Origin: a virus
Taxonomy: Duplodnaviria; Caudoviricetes
Virus record (IMG/VR): IMGVR_UViG_3300037127_000017
Span: 1 to 55,852 of that record
Direction: 5' to 3' (one strand)
Length of the DNA: 55,852 nucleotides
Shown: piece after piece, positions 1-8,555 of the stretch
How positions within the stretch are numbered: the first letter of the stretch is position 1
How the letters are laid out: every line of letters begins with the position of its first letter
The notes under the pieces: model-generated
Seen by the model: only the letters and a program-made list of their open reading frames with translations
Told to the model about the DNA's origin: nothing
Database searches by the model: none
Made by a program: the position numbers and the translations under genes

Positions 1-251
1 CATGAAAATACCAATCTGAATTGTAAATTTTGATTGTGTCTATGCTGGGCCAATATTGACCAAACGCTGCACCAGGCTCATCAATCAATTCAAATTTATT
101 AAAATAAATATTCTTATATTGATACAGGTCTGTATAATAGTATTTTAAAGCCGTATTATGATATTCTATTTCTTGATCGATTGTATAAGCTTTTGTAATT
201 TTTTGTGATATTAATATAATAATTATTATTACTAAAATTGCTATTATAAAT
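1..251. repeat. Terminal direct repeat, left copy (assembly circularity overlap or terminal redundancy)
   Basis: 1-251 matches 55602-55852 except G128 vs A55729. Confidence 0.97.
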
Positions 252-259
252 TTTCTCAT
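1..259 (-). CDS. 5' part of an origin-spanning secreted or membrane-anchored HExxH metallopeptidase-like protein (172 aa after circularisation, ends at 55342)
   Basis: ATG at 259 overlaps the TGA of the upstream gene (ATGA); reads MRKFIIAILVIIIILISQKITKAYT... in frame into the 55342..55689 ORF. Confidence 0.8.
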   Translation of the reverse strand, partial: MRKFIIAILVIIIIILISQKITKAYTIDQEIEYHNTALKYYYTDLYQYKNIYFNKFELIDEPGAAFGQYWPSIDTIKIYNSDWYFH

Positions 260-903
260 TTTTCTACTCCTTTCAGATTTTTTAAAATATCTTTTATCGT
301 GCTTATATTATCTTCTTTTTTTTCTTTTGGTTCTATCTGCTCTATTTGCTTATTTTGCACTATCTGAGGAATTTGTGGGATTCTTTTTTTATTTGCAATT
401 TCTTGCAGCTTTTGTAAATATAAAGGGCTTATTTCTTTTTCTTTTTGTCTTGTAGACAAGCTGTTATAATATTTGTTAAATTGTGCCCTTATTATTTCTT
501 TATTTTCAGAAAGACACATTTCTCTGTATCCTATAGCCCTTACAGCTTTTCTTGTTACCTCGTCCAAGCTTTCTAAGGCTGATTTTTCTTCATATATTCC
601 GCATCGTCTAATTTGTGTCATCACAACGTCCCAAGCTTCTGCGTCTGTCTTATGTTGTCCATTTTCAAGTTCATTGACAATTGTTCTTATTTCTGATATA
701 CTTGGCGCAAATGGCTTATTTGAAGTTGCTATATACTTATCAATAGCCATTTGAACTAAATCAAAATTTAAATCTTTTGTGTATTTATGCCATGTTTGAA
801 CCGTCATGTTCAACATGGCTTTGTCATTTTCTTTGAGAAAAGTTGGAAAAGCTGCTTTTAAAATTGTTACAATTTTTATTGCATTCTTCCTGTCTTCTTT
901 CAT
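256..903 (-). CDS. Replicative helicase loader/inhibitor (G39P-like N-terminus)
   Basis: ILKAAFP...TWH...L..AIDKYIA...FAPSISEIR and AEAW motifs; lies downstream of the replication initiator. Confidence 0.7.
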   Translation of the reverse strand: MKEDRKNAIKIVTILKAAFPTFLKENDKAMLNMTVQTWHKYTKDLNFDLVQMAIDKYIATSNKPFAPSISEIRTIVNELENGQHKTDAEAWDVVMTQIRRCGIYEEKSALESLDEVTRKAVRAIGYREMCLSENKEIIRAQFNKYYNSLSTRQKEKEISPLYLQKLQEIANKKRIPQIPQIVQNKQIEQIEPKEKKEDNISTIKDILKNLKGVEK

Positions 904-1286
904 TTTACACCTCCATGTATAATTATTCCTTTGTTTTTTAAATTATTTATACATTCTTGATAATATTGTTTATCGTGTTCTTTATAAATTGTTTCTCCTT
1001 CCTGTTTTATTTCTTTATATCCTAATTCTTTATATTCAGGACATTTTTTCCCTCTGTAAGTGCATTTTTCCCATTCTTTTGTAACTTTATAGCCTCTTCT
1101 TTTCATCTCATTCATTATTTTTTTGTGATAAAAATATAAGTATATCCAATGATACTTAAATACGTAATCAACAACAGAATGCTTTTTCCCCCAACCATTT
1201 CCCCGCATAGCTGCACATTCCCTGTGTTGTCCTAATAATTGTTGTCGAGGTAAATATTTGATTAGCTTCTCATGCCATAATCTCAT
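900..1286 (-). CDS. Pyrimidine-dimer DNA glycosylase / endonuclease V-like protein (TIGR02328 family)
   Basis: N-terminus MRLWHEKLIKYLPRQQLLGQHRECAAMRGNGWGKKH and EMKRRGY. Confidence 0.85.
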   Translation of the reverse strand: MRLWHEKLIKYLPRQQLLGQHRECAAMRGNGWGKKHSVVDYVFKYHWIYLYFYHKKIMNEMKRRGYKVTKEWEKCTYRGKKCPEYKELGYKEIKQEGETIYKEHDKQYYQECINNLKNKGIIIHGGVK

Positions 1287-1288
1287 TT

Positions 1289-2092
1289 TTAAGCCTCCTC
1301 ATACATTTCTTTTAGCATTTCGCTAGTTGTTTGTTTTTGAAACGATTTATTTCTATAATTTCCTTCTAAAACTTTTATTCTGTTAACAGGCTTTATTAAC
1401 CAGTCAAATGTAGCCGCCCAACCGTTTACATGTCCATTTAGATAATCAGATTCTTTAACCAAGTTATAAAATTCTTCTAGGCTTGTATTTTCTTCTTTAA
1501 GAAATTTTATAAATGACTTTACCCTACTCTTTCTGTCTTTGTTTATAGCTCGTATTTTTGGTATTTTTTCAGAGGCACAGATTTTATTAAATGTGTTTTT
1601 GATATTTTCATAGTCGATTTTTTTTGGGGGTAAGGGGGATATATTACTTAAGTTATTATTAGTTAAATCATTATAAGTTAAATCATTATTAGTAGCGTCG
1701 GGTTTCCCGTTTACGGTTTTACCGTTTACGGTTTTACCGTATTCGGGTTTCCCGTATTCGGTTTTTTGTTCATTTTTTACATTTTGATAAGGTGCTTCAT
1801 ATACAGTATATATATATCCGCTAATTTTCCCCTTATCTCTTTTCCTCTCTCTCTTAATGTAATTATTATTGATTAATTCCTTTATTGCACTTGCTGTTGA
1901 ATCCCTGCCATCTTTACTATGTGTTGTAAGTTCATTTAAGTATATTTGCCAATCGTCAGGCATGGATAATAAATATGATAATAATCCTTTTGCTTTCCAA
2001 CTTAAATTTTTGTTATTTAAGCAATTTCGGTTAATCATTACGTAAGGATTTCCACTATCTTTAGACATCCTGATAATACTTTTTTCTGACAT
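1289..2092 (-). CDS. Phage replication initiator / replisome organiser (HTH)
   Basis: LSWKAKGLLSYLLSMPDDW wHTH, internal repeat linker, C-terminal WAATFDWLIKP...KVLEGNY. Confidence 0.85.
   Translation of the reverse strand: MSEKSIIRMSKDSGNPYVMINRNCLNNKNLSWKAKGLLSYLLSMPDDWQIYLNELTTHSKDGRDSTASAIKELINNNYIKRERKRDKGKISGYIYTVYEAPYQNVKNEQKTEYGKPEYGKTVNGKTVNGKPDATNNDLTYNDLTNNNLSNISPLPPKKIDYENIKNTFNKICASEKIPKIRAINKDRKSRVKSFIKFLKEENTSLEEFYNLVKESDYLNGHVNGWAATFDWLIKPVNRIKVLEGNYRNKSFQKQTTSEMLKEMYEEA
1699..1765. repeat. Iteron-like 15-bp palindromic tandem repeats inside the initiator gene (putative phage origin)
   Basis: CGGGTTTCCCGTTTA / CGGTTTTACCGTTTA / CGGTTTTACCGTATT / CGGGTTTCCCGTATT / CGGTTTT, next to AT-rich 15-bp repeats at ~1650-1695. 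Confidence 0.75.
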
Positions 2093-2273
2093 TTTTTGAT
2101 ACCTCCAATGAAAATATTTAATTATAAATAATTGATTTTTTGAATTAGATATGATAATATAAGAACAAGAAATTTGAAAATCATATACTAATTTTAAAAA
2201 TCCTTTCCCTCTGCGACCAACAGAGGGATATTTATTTGTCTATTATATCACTTCTTTTTGAATATTTATAGTC

Positions 2274-2510
2274 CTATTTTTCACGTATTTTTTCTATTGC
2301 TATTACTTGTAATGCTATAGCCTCAGATAGATTGTTGGCATTTTTAGTGTCTTGTATTATTGTTTCCATTGCTTTTATTATTTCTTGCAAAGTTTTTTTT
2401 GAAAGATCATCACCAATAAATTTTTTATATTCTTTTATAATTTTTTCATCTTTTATTTTTTTATCTTTTTCGACTTTTAAAATTCTTTCTCTTATATTTT
2501 TACTAATCAT
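2274..2510 (-). CDS. Hypothetical protein
   Basis: ORF with GGGGA RBS, co-oriented with the operon. Confidence 0.7.
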   Translation of the reverse strand: MISKNIRERILKVEKDKKIKDEKIIKEYKKFIGDDLSKKTLQEIIKAMETIIQDTKNANNLSEAIALQVIAIEKIREK

Positions 2511-2530
2511 AATAACAATCCCCTTTTTTA

Positions 2531-3013
2531 TTATTTTATTTCAATTTCTTTTATTATGTTGCATTTTGTACACGTATATTTTATTTTATTTTCTTCTTTT
2601 TCAGTGATATAGCTGTGTTGGCACCATTTTAGATATTTTGATCCATCTTTTGAATATGCCATATTGCTTTTGTTATCTTGATATATAGTTTTTACTTCTT
2701 CATTATCGATAACTTTGTTTTGTAATCGTAAAGAAAATTCATTTGTATATACAGCCTTATTATACTCTTCTTCTTCTATTTCTTTTGCATCATTTTCTAA
2801 AATTATTTTTGTCATTTTGTATTTCCCAGAATTGTTAACGATCATATAACCAAATAATTCGGCTATGTTAGAAGCATTGTCTAGTAAATTGTATACGCTT
2901 CTTCTTGTTACTAACTCCATATTAGAAGCAATCTGAGTCGGAGTTAATTCTTCTTCTGATTCTAGCAAGCATTTAAATAATTGATACATCGACTCATTTA
3001 ATTTTATTCTCAT
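2531..3013 (-). CDS. N-terminal wHTH protein with C-terminal Cys/His motif
   Basis: LTPTQIASNMELVTRRSVYNLL HTH; CQH...CTKC; ATG at 3013 follows GGAGG. Confidence 0.6.
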   Translation of the reverse strand: MRIKLNESMYQLFKCLLESEEELTPTQIASNMELVTRRSVYNLLDNASNIAELFGYMIVNNSGKYKMTKIILENDAKEIEEEEYNKAVYTNEFSLRLQNKVIDNEEVKTIYQDNKSNMAYSKDGSKYLKWCQHSYITEKEENKIKYTCTKCNIIKEIEIK

Positions 3014-3150
3014 TTTCCTCCGCCCCAATCTTTTTCAATTTCTTCTTGCCAGGTTTGCACTTTCACTAGTCTTTTTTCAATATTTGCCATATAGCATACA
3101 GCTAAAGCCATAGCAATTATTAATAATATAATTATCCAAATTTTACGCAT
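3010..3150 (-). CDS. Small single-TM protein (46 aa)
   Basis: GGAGG RBS; MRKIWIIILLIIAMALAVCYMANIEK...; ATGA overlap with the next gene. Confidence 0.65.
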   Translation of the reverse strand: MRKIWIIILLIIAMALAVCYMANIEKRLVKVQTWQEEIEKDWGGGK

Positions 3151-3162
3151 TTTTATTCCTCC

Positions 3163-3438
3163 TCAATCAATTATTTCAAGCTTTTCTAATTGACATATTT
3201 CTTTAGGTAGTTCTTTTAATTCATTTGCATATAAAAGAAGCAATTCAAGGTTTTTTAATTGACATATTTCTTTGGGTAAATTTTTAAGTTGATTCCAACT
3301 TAAATCAATTATTTCAATATTTTTCAATTCAAATAATTCCTTTGGCAATTCCTCTAATCCCATTCCACTTAAATCTAAAGTAGTTAAATTATTTTCTTTT
3401 GCTTCTTTAATTTTTTCCAAAATATTCATTTTTTTCAT
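3163..3438 (-). CDS. Short leucine-rich-repeat protein
   Basis: Repeats LxxLDLSxNxLxxLPKEIxxL (LTTLDLSGMGLEELPKELFEL, IEIIDLSWNQLKNLPKEICQL, ...). Confidence 0.9.
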   Translation of the reverse strand: MKKMNILEKIKEAKENNLTTLDLSGMGLEELPKELFELKNIEIIDLSWNQLKNLPKEICQLKNLELLLLYANELKELPKEICQLEKLEIID

Positions 3439-3447
3439 TCCTCCGAT

Positions 3448-3618
3448 TTATTTTATTTTTGAAAATAATTCTTCAACTTCACTTTTAGTATATACTAGGC
3501 ATTCTTCGTTGCTTGTATCTTCTGGTATTAAAATAAAAGTTCCACTCCATTTTCCTCCAGCTAAATAAATCTTTTTTGAATAATTATTTTTAAATTTGTC
3601 TCCTCTTTTAATATCCAT
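3448..3618 (-). CDS. Hypothetical protein (56 aa)
   Basis: GGGGGAG RBS; MDIKRGDKFKNNYSKKIY... Confidence 0.65.
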   Translation of the reverse strand: MDIKRGDKFKNNYSKKIYLAGGKWSGTFILIPEDTSNEECLVYTKSEVEELFSKIK

Positions 3619-3653
3619 TATTTCTCCCCCTTGTTTTCGTAACCTTTAATTAT

Positions 3654-3682
3654 ATTATACTCTAATGAAATGTAACTGTCAA
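3654..3682 (-). promoter_or_regulatory. sigmaA-type promoter for the leftward early operon
   Basis: TTGACA-17 nt-TATAAT on - strand. Confidence 0.8.
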
Positions 3683-4231
3683 TATAAATATATAAACTTT
3701 TTTAAATTTTTTATCTCTTCCCTATTTATTTCAATATATATAGAAAAAAGATAAATTTTATTGTTTTTAGGCTTTAGAATTTAGCGAATATAAAATTACT
3801 GAATCTTAATTTAAACAAAAAAAAGAGCCTTTTTTTGGCTCATATTTATAGTTTTATTGACCTTTTTTATCATTAATTATTATTTATTAAGGATAATTTT
3901 ATACATAATGCGGCGGCTATTTATTTTATCCTTCCCTATCCGCTTATTACAGGGCTGAAACCTTTCAACCTTCGGGAAGACTTTTAATTTTACATTTTAC
4001 CCAGCCCTTTCTTTTTAGATTAGGTAATAGTGAAAAATGATTAAAATATATAATCATTAGATATTAATATTATACAATAAAAACTAAAAAAAATAAAGAT
4101 ATTTTACATGCGGATTTTTTATTTTTTACGTGTCGAAAATAAAAACACGTGAATTTTTAAAAGCCCATGAACAGGACGCGTCACGTTAATTTAACATGTA
4201 AAAATAACATGTAAATTTATTGACAATTTCA

Positions 4232-4260
4232 TTGACTTAATTAAAAAAAATGGGTATAAT
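4232..4260 (+). promoter_or_regulatory. sigmaA-type promoter
   Basis: TTGACT-17 nt-TATAAT. Confidence 0.8.
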
Positions 4261-4283
4261 ATAGGCATGGGGGAGATGGAGAA

Positions 4284-4457
4284 ATGAAAGATCAATTTGT
4301 GAAAGTATACCTTACAAAAGAAGAAAAAGCAGAAATCAAAAAAACAAGTAACGATTTAAGTATGTCTGAGTCAGGATATTTATTATTACTACATAAAATA
4401 TATAGATTAGATTTGCTTAAAAAAGGAAAAAGGAACAAGAGCGTGAAACATGTATGA
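4284..4457 (+). CDS. Small ribbon-helix-helix-like DNA-binding protein (57 aa)
   Basis: MKDQFVKVYLTKEEKAEIKKTSNDLSMSESGYLL fits the RHH (CopG/MobC-like) pattern; promoter and RBS upstream. Confidence 0.65.
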   Translation: MKDQFVKVYLTKEEKAEIKKTSNDLSMSESGYLLLLHKIYRLDLLKKGKRNKSVKHV

Positions 4458-4614
4458 TGTGCATAAACACTGCGCGTCATGTAAATAAAATAAAATAAAA
4501 TAACAAAGGTGAGGGGCCGAAACACCCTCACCAATGCAGGAAACATCTTAAAAAAGTTACACCACAATATTATCCTGCATTTTTAAATTTGTCAAGTATA
4601 GGAGGATAATTTTT

Positions 4615-5928
4615 ATGAAATCAGCAAAATTTTGGTTCCCAGTTCTATTATTAGGAATATTTATATCATTCCAATTTACAATAAAATTCTTTGAAAATAT
4701 GGCCATAAATGAATCTGAGAAAATATTGCTACAAGCAACAGCAATATTTATGATGATCTGTACTTATGGATTTAAAGTCATACAACATCAAAAAAAAGAA
4801 TTGAAAAAAAATACATGGGGAATAAGAATAATGATATTTGTTTTAATATTCTTCTCCATTTGTGCAAGTGGTGGAGCCTTGTGGAACAACAAAGAAAATG
4901 CCAAAAATTTGGCATATGTAAAAGATGAAGGATATAAGACTTTGTTAGATAAAGAAGCAAGAGAAGTTAAAGAATTAAGCTTATCAGCAGAACAAAAAAA
5001 ATATTTATCAGACAAATTAAAACTTGATAGTTCTGGATTGCTAGAAAAATATAAAGAAGATACTAGAAAAGAATATCAAAATGATATTGAAAAGATAAAC
5101 AATAAATATAATCCAGAGATCAAAAAAAGAGAACAGGCTGGATATTATAACCATCCAAGTTTAGGAAGTAAAACATTAAAAATACAACGGGATAGAGAAT
5201 TAAATGTTGTAGAACAAAAAATAAATAAAATAGCTAAAGAAAAGGTTAAAAATTTTGAAGCAAATTATGAAAATAATAAAAAATTATTAGATGAAGAAAA
5301 AAAATCTTATAATGATATAAAAGCAGAATTAGAAGAAACAACAAAATTAATATTAGAATATCAATCAGGTAAAAAAATATCAAAAAAAACAGGGTATGAT
5401 TTTTTCTTAACCTCTGTTCTTGGGAAAGGGGGATTTTACATTGCTTCATATTTATACCTAATAATTGCAATTGTATTAGAAATACTTATCCTTCAATTAA
5501 TAGAATATGTATTTAATATTTGCAAATTCAATATTTTTAGCTATTTCTCTTTTATTTTTGCATGGATAGGCAATATAAAATTTGTTTCTGGAATCTCTAG
5601 AAAAAAATTAATGAAAGCAGAAATGGGCATAAAAGCATATGATGAAAGTACATTCAAGAAAATGCCAGATCAAGAAATTATAAAAGAAGTTGCAAAACAT
5701 AAAAGACCAGATAAAACAAATAAAAATATAAACTTAATGAACAATGTATATAAAGAAATGAAAAAACATTACAAAAATACAGGAAAGATTTTATCAATAG
5801 AAAAATTAAGCAAAACTTTAAACAAAAGTACAACTAAGATTCGAGCAGCTAGAAAGATGTTAGAAGAAGAGGGTAAGTTGAAAATAATAGGGAAAAAAGG
5901 AAAAGCAAATATAATAAAAATAATTTAA
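4615..5928 (+). CDS. Membrane protein: 3 TM, long coiled coil, further TM, C-terminal HTH
   Basis: Hydrophobic N-terminal segments; K/E-rich coil; LSIEKLSKTLNKSTTKIRAARKMLEEEG wHTH; AGGAGG RBS. Confidence 0.7.
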   Translation: MKSAKFWFPVLLLGIFISFQFTIKFFENMAINESEKILLQATAIFMMICTYGFKVIQHQKKELKKNTWGIRIMIFVLIFFSICASGGALWNNKENAKNLAYVKDEGYKTLLDKEAREVKELSLSAEQKKYLSDKLKLDSSGLLEKYKEDTRKEYQNDIEKINNKYNPEIKKREQAGYYNHPSLGSKTLKIQRDRELNVVEQKINKIAKEKVKNFEANYENNKKLLDEEKKSYNDIKAELEETTKLILEYQSGKKISKKTGYDFFLTSVLGKGGFYIASYLYLIIAIVLEILILQLIEYVFNICKFNIFSYFSFIFAWIGNIKFVSGISRKKLMKAEMGIKAYDESTFKKMPDQEIIKEVAKHKRPDKTNKNINLMNNVYKEMKKHYKNTGKILSIEKLSKTLNKSTTKIRAARKMLEEEGKLKIIGKKGKANIIKII

Positions 5929-5946
5929 AAAAATAATAATTTTATA

Positions 5947-5976
5947 TTGACATACCACCAATTTTGGTGGTATAAT
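5947..5976 (+). promoter_or_regulatory. sigmaA promoter with palindromic operator in the spacer
   Basis: TTGACA-18 nt-TATAAT; ATACCACCAA-TT-TTGGTGGTAT at 5952-5973. Confidence 0.8.
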
Positions 5977-6007
5977 TATTATATAATAAATAAACGGAGG
6001 CGATAAC

Positions 6008-7204
6008 ATGGCATGGTATAATGGAAAATTTAGTTGCGGGTGTGAAGGAAGAGTGAATGTTATAGGGCCAGGAAGAGACAGAGAATGGAAAATCGAAAGA
6101 GCTTTTGCAAATAAATGTGAAGAATGCAATAGAAAAGATTTCTTAGAAAATTTAGAAAAAGAAAAAAAAGAAGCAGCAGAAAAAGCAAAAGAAATGGAAT
6201 TGCCTGAATTAACAGGAACAGAAAAACAAGTATCTTGGGCAAATACAATAAGACAGAAAATGATTGAATTAATTCAAGAAAAAAAATGTATTTATATAGA
6301 TGATAAATCAGAATTATTAAGACTTAGCGATAAAAAAGATTCATTGCACATGAGAAGAATAGGAGGAAAAAAAATAGAATCATCAAAAGTAATCGACATA
6401 ATAATAAATAATTGTACAGAAGCAAGATTTTACATAGACAATAGAGATTTTGGCTATTGTTTAGGAGAAGAATTATATAAAATAATAAAAAAGAATAAAG
6501 AAAACAAAACAGAAAATAAAATTGAAAAAGAAATTGAAAAAGAAATACAAGAAGAATTAACAGCATATCCTGAAAATTGTGAAACCAGTGTTAGTGATAA
6601 AGTAATACTAACAATAAAAGATAATAAAATCATTGCAAAATATACAAAATGCGATGAATTTAAAGAAATAATTAAAGAAAATGGTTTCTCATGGAACTGG
6701 GAAAATTATACTTGGGAAAAAGAAATAAATTTTAAAAATGGCACTATTGAAGATAGATGTGCCGAAGTTGGAAATGCTTTATTAAATGCAGGATTACCAG
6801 TAAAGTTCGACACAATCGACATAAAAGAAAAATCAATTTCAGCTGATTTTGAAGAAGAAGTAACTAGATGGATAGTACTATTCAAAACTGGCGAGTTCGG
6901 CATTTGGTTTAAAGAAAGAAATGACAAATTATACAATGCAGCAAGGTCAATAAAAAGCTCTAAATGGAATAATCCATATGTGCAAATTAAATCGGATTAT
7001 TATAAAGAAATAATAGATTTTGCAGAAGCATATGATTTCAAAATTCATGATTCTGTAAAAGAAAAAATAAACGAAATGAAAGAAAATGAGAAAAAAATTA
7101 AAAAAGTTAGCCCAAAGAAAAAAACAAAAAAAGAATTAAAAGATGGCCCTGAATCAATACTTGATTCAAATACAGATATATTAGAAGATTTGAAAGATGT
7201 TTAA
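6008..7204 (+). CDS. Conserved phage protein (N-terminal Cys motifs, LPELTGTEKQVSWA motif, possible HARP-like repeats)
   Basis: SCGC, CEEC; GFSWNWENYTW; coupled to the helicase gene. Confidence 0.55.
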   Translation: MAWYNGKFSCGCEGRVNVIGPGRDREWKIERAFANKCEECNRKDFLENLEKEKKEAAEKAKEMELPELTGTEKQVSWANTIRQKMIELIQEKKCIYIDDKSELLRLSDKKDSLHMRRIGGKKIESSKVIDIIINNCTEARFYIDNRDFGYCLGEELYKIIKKNKENKTENKIEKEIEKEIQEELTAYPENCETSVSDKVILTIKDNKIIAKYTKCDEFKEIIKENGFSWNWENYTWEKEINFKNGTIEDRCAEVGNALLNAGLPVKFDTIDIKEKSISADFEEEVTRWIVLFKTGEFGIWFKERNDKLYNAARSIKSSKWNNPYVQIKSDYYKEIIDFAEAYDFKIHDSVKEKINEMKENEKKIKKVSPKKKTKKELKDGPESILDSNTDILEDLKDV

Positions 7205-8555
7205 GATGAAAACAGAACTAAAAAAGCATCAATTAAAAGCAGTAGAAAAATTATCTAAAATAAAAATTGGTGCTTTATACATGGAGCAAGGGACTGGGAA
7301 AACAAGGACAGCTTTAGAGTTAATAAAAAATAGATTAGAAAGTAACAAGGTTGAAAAAGTTTTATGGCTATGTCCTTGCTCAATTAAATCAGAAATAAAA
7401 AACGAATTACATAAGCATATAGATATAGAGAATGATTTTTCAAACACGATATTTATTTTTGGAATAGAAAGCTTGTCAAGTTCAATAAAATTAAATTGTC
7501 TGTTATTAAGATTAGTTAAAGAATATAAAGTTTATCTAATTGTAGATGAAAGCAATTTAATAAAGAATCATCAAGCATTAAGAACCAAAAACATACAAAG
7601 ATTATCAGAAAAATGCAGTTATAAATTAATATTAAATGGCACTCCAGTATCAAGAAATGAAGCAGATTTATACTCACAATGGTATCTATTAGATTGGAGA
7701 ATACTAGGATATAAAAGTTTCTGGAGTTTTGAGCAGAATCACATGGAGTATAATGAATATGGAAGAATAGTCAACGTTTTAAATGTAGATTATTTATCAA
7801 AAAAAATAGCACCATATTCATATACAATAAAGAAAAGCGAGTGTATGAATTTACCAAAGAAAATTTATGAAGAATGCAGATATGCACTTACAGAACATCA
7901 ACAAATGCATTATATTGACATAAAAGATGCTTTTTTAATGCAAATAGATGAAGCACAACCAGAAACAATATACAGGTTTTTTACAGCGCTACAGCATGTT
8001 ACAGCAGGAAACCAAATAATAAGTCATTATGAAGATAGAATAAAAGCAGTACCATTTTTTAAAAATGTATATGATAATCCTAGGATTAAAAAATTTCTTA
8101 ACATATTGCCAGATGAAAAAACAATTATATGGTGCAAATATACCAGAGAAATAAAAGAAATAGAAAAAATATTAATAGATAATTATGGAGCTGACAAAGT
8201 GACAACTTTTTATGGAGAGATAAGACAAAAAAACAGAAGAAAAAATATCGAAAAATTTAGAGATAAAGCTAAATATTTCATAGCAAACAAAACATGTGCA
8301 GGATACGGTCTTAATATGCAATTTTGCAATAATGTAATCTATTATAATAATGATTTTGATCTGGCAACTAGATTACAATCAGAAGATAGAGTACATAGAA
8401 TGGGACAAGAAAACGAAGTATATATAAAGGACATAATAGCATATGAAACAATTGATCAAGTAATTATAAATTGTTTATACAGAAAAGAAAATTTAGTGGA
8501 AAGCTTTAAAAGAATGATAAATAAATACAAGAAAGAAGTGAAAAAAAATGGCTAA
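7197..8555 (+). CDS. SNF2-family (SF2) helicase
   Basis: MEQGTGKT, IVDES, LNGTP, AGYGLN, QSEDRVHRMGQ. Confidence 0.92.
   Translation: MFKMKTELKKHQLKAVEKLSKIKIGALYMEQGTGKTRTALELIKNRLESNKVEKVLWLCPCSIKSEIKNELHKHIDIENDFSNTIFIFGIESLSSSIKLNCLLLRLVKEYKVYLIVDESNLIKNHQALRTKNIQRLSEKCSYKLILNGTPVSRNEADLYSQWYLLDWRILGYKSFWSFEQNHMEYNEYGRIVNVLNVDYLSKKIAPYSYTIKKSECMNLPKKIYEECRYALTEHQQMHYIDIKDAFLMQIDEAQPETIYRFFTALQHVTAGNQIISHYEDRIKAVPFFKNVYDNPRIKKFLNILPDEKTIIWCKYTREIKEIEKILIDNYGADKVTTFYGEIRQKNRRKNIEKFRDKAKYFIANKTCAGYGLNMQFCNNVIYYNNDFDLATRLQSEDRVHRMGQENEVYIKDIIAYETIDQVIINCLYRKENLVESFKRMINKYKKEVKKNG

Noticed and set aside
1650-1765. CRISPR-like repeat array
   Set aside because: The 15-bp units are contiguous with no spacers and lie inside the initiator CDS; they fit iterons
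6190-6260. Anti-CRISPR assignment for the LPELTGTEKQVSWA motif protein
   Set aside because: The motif is widespread in phage proteins and I cannot tie it to a specific Acr family from sequence alone
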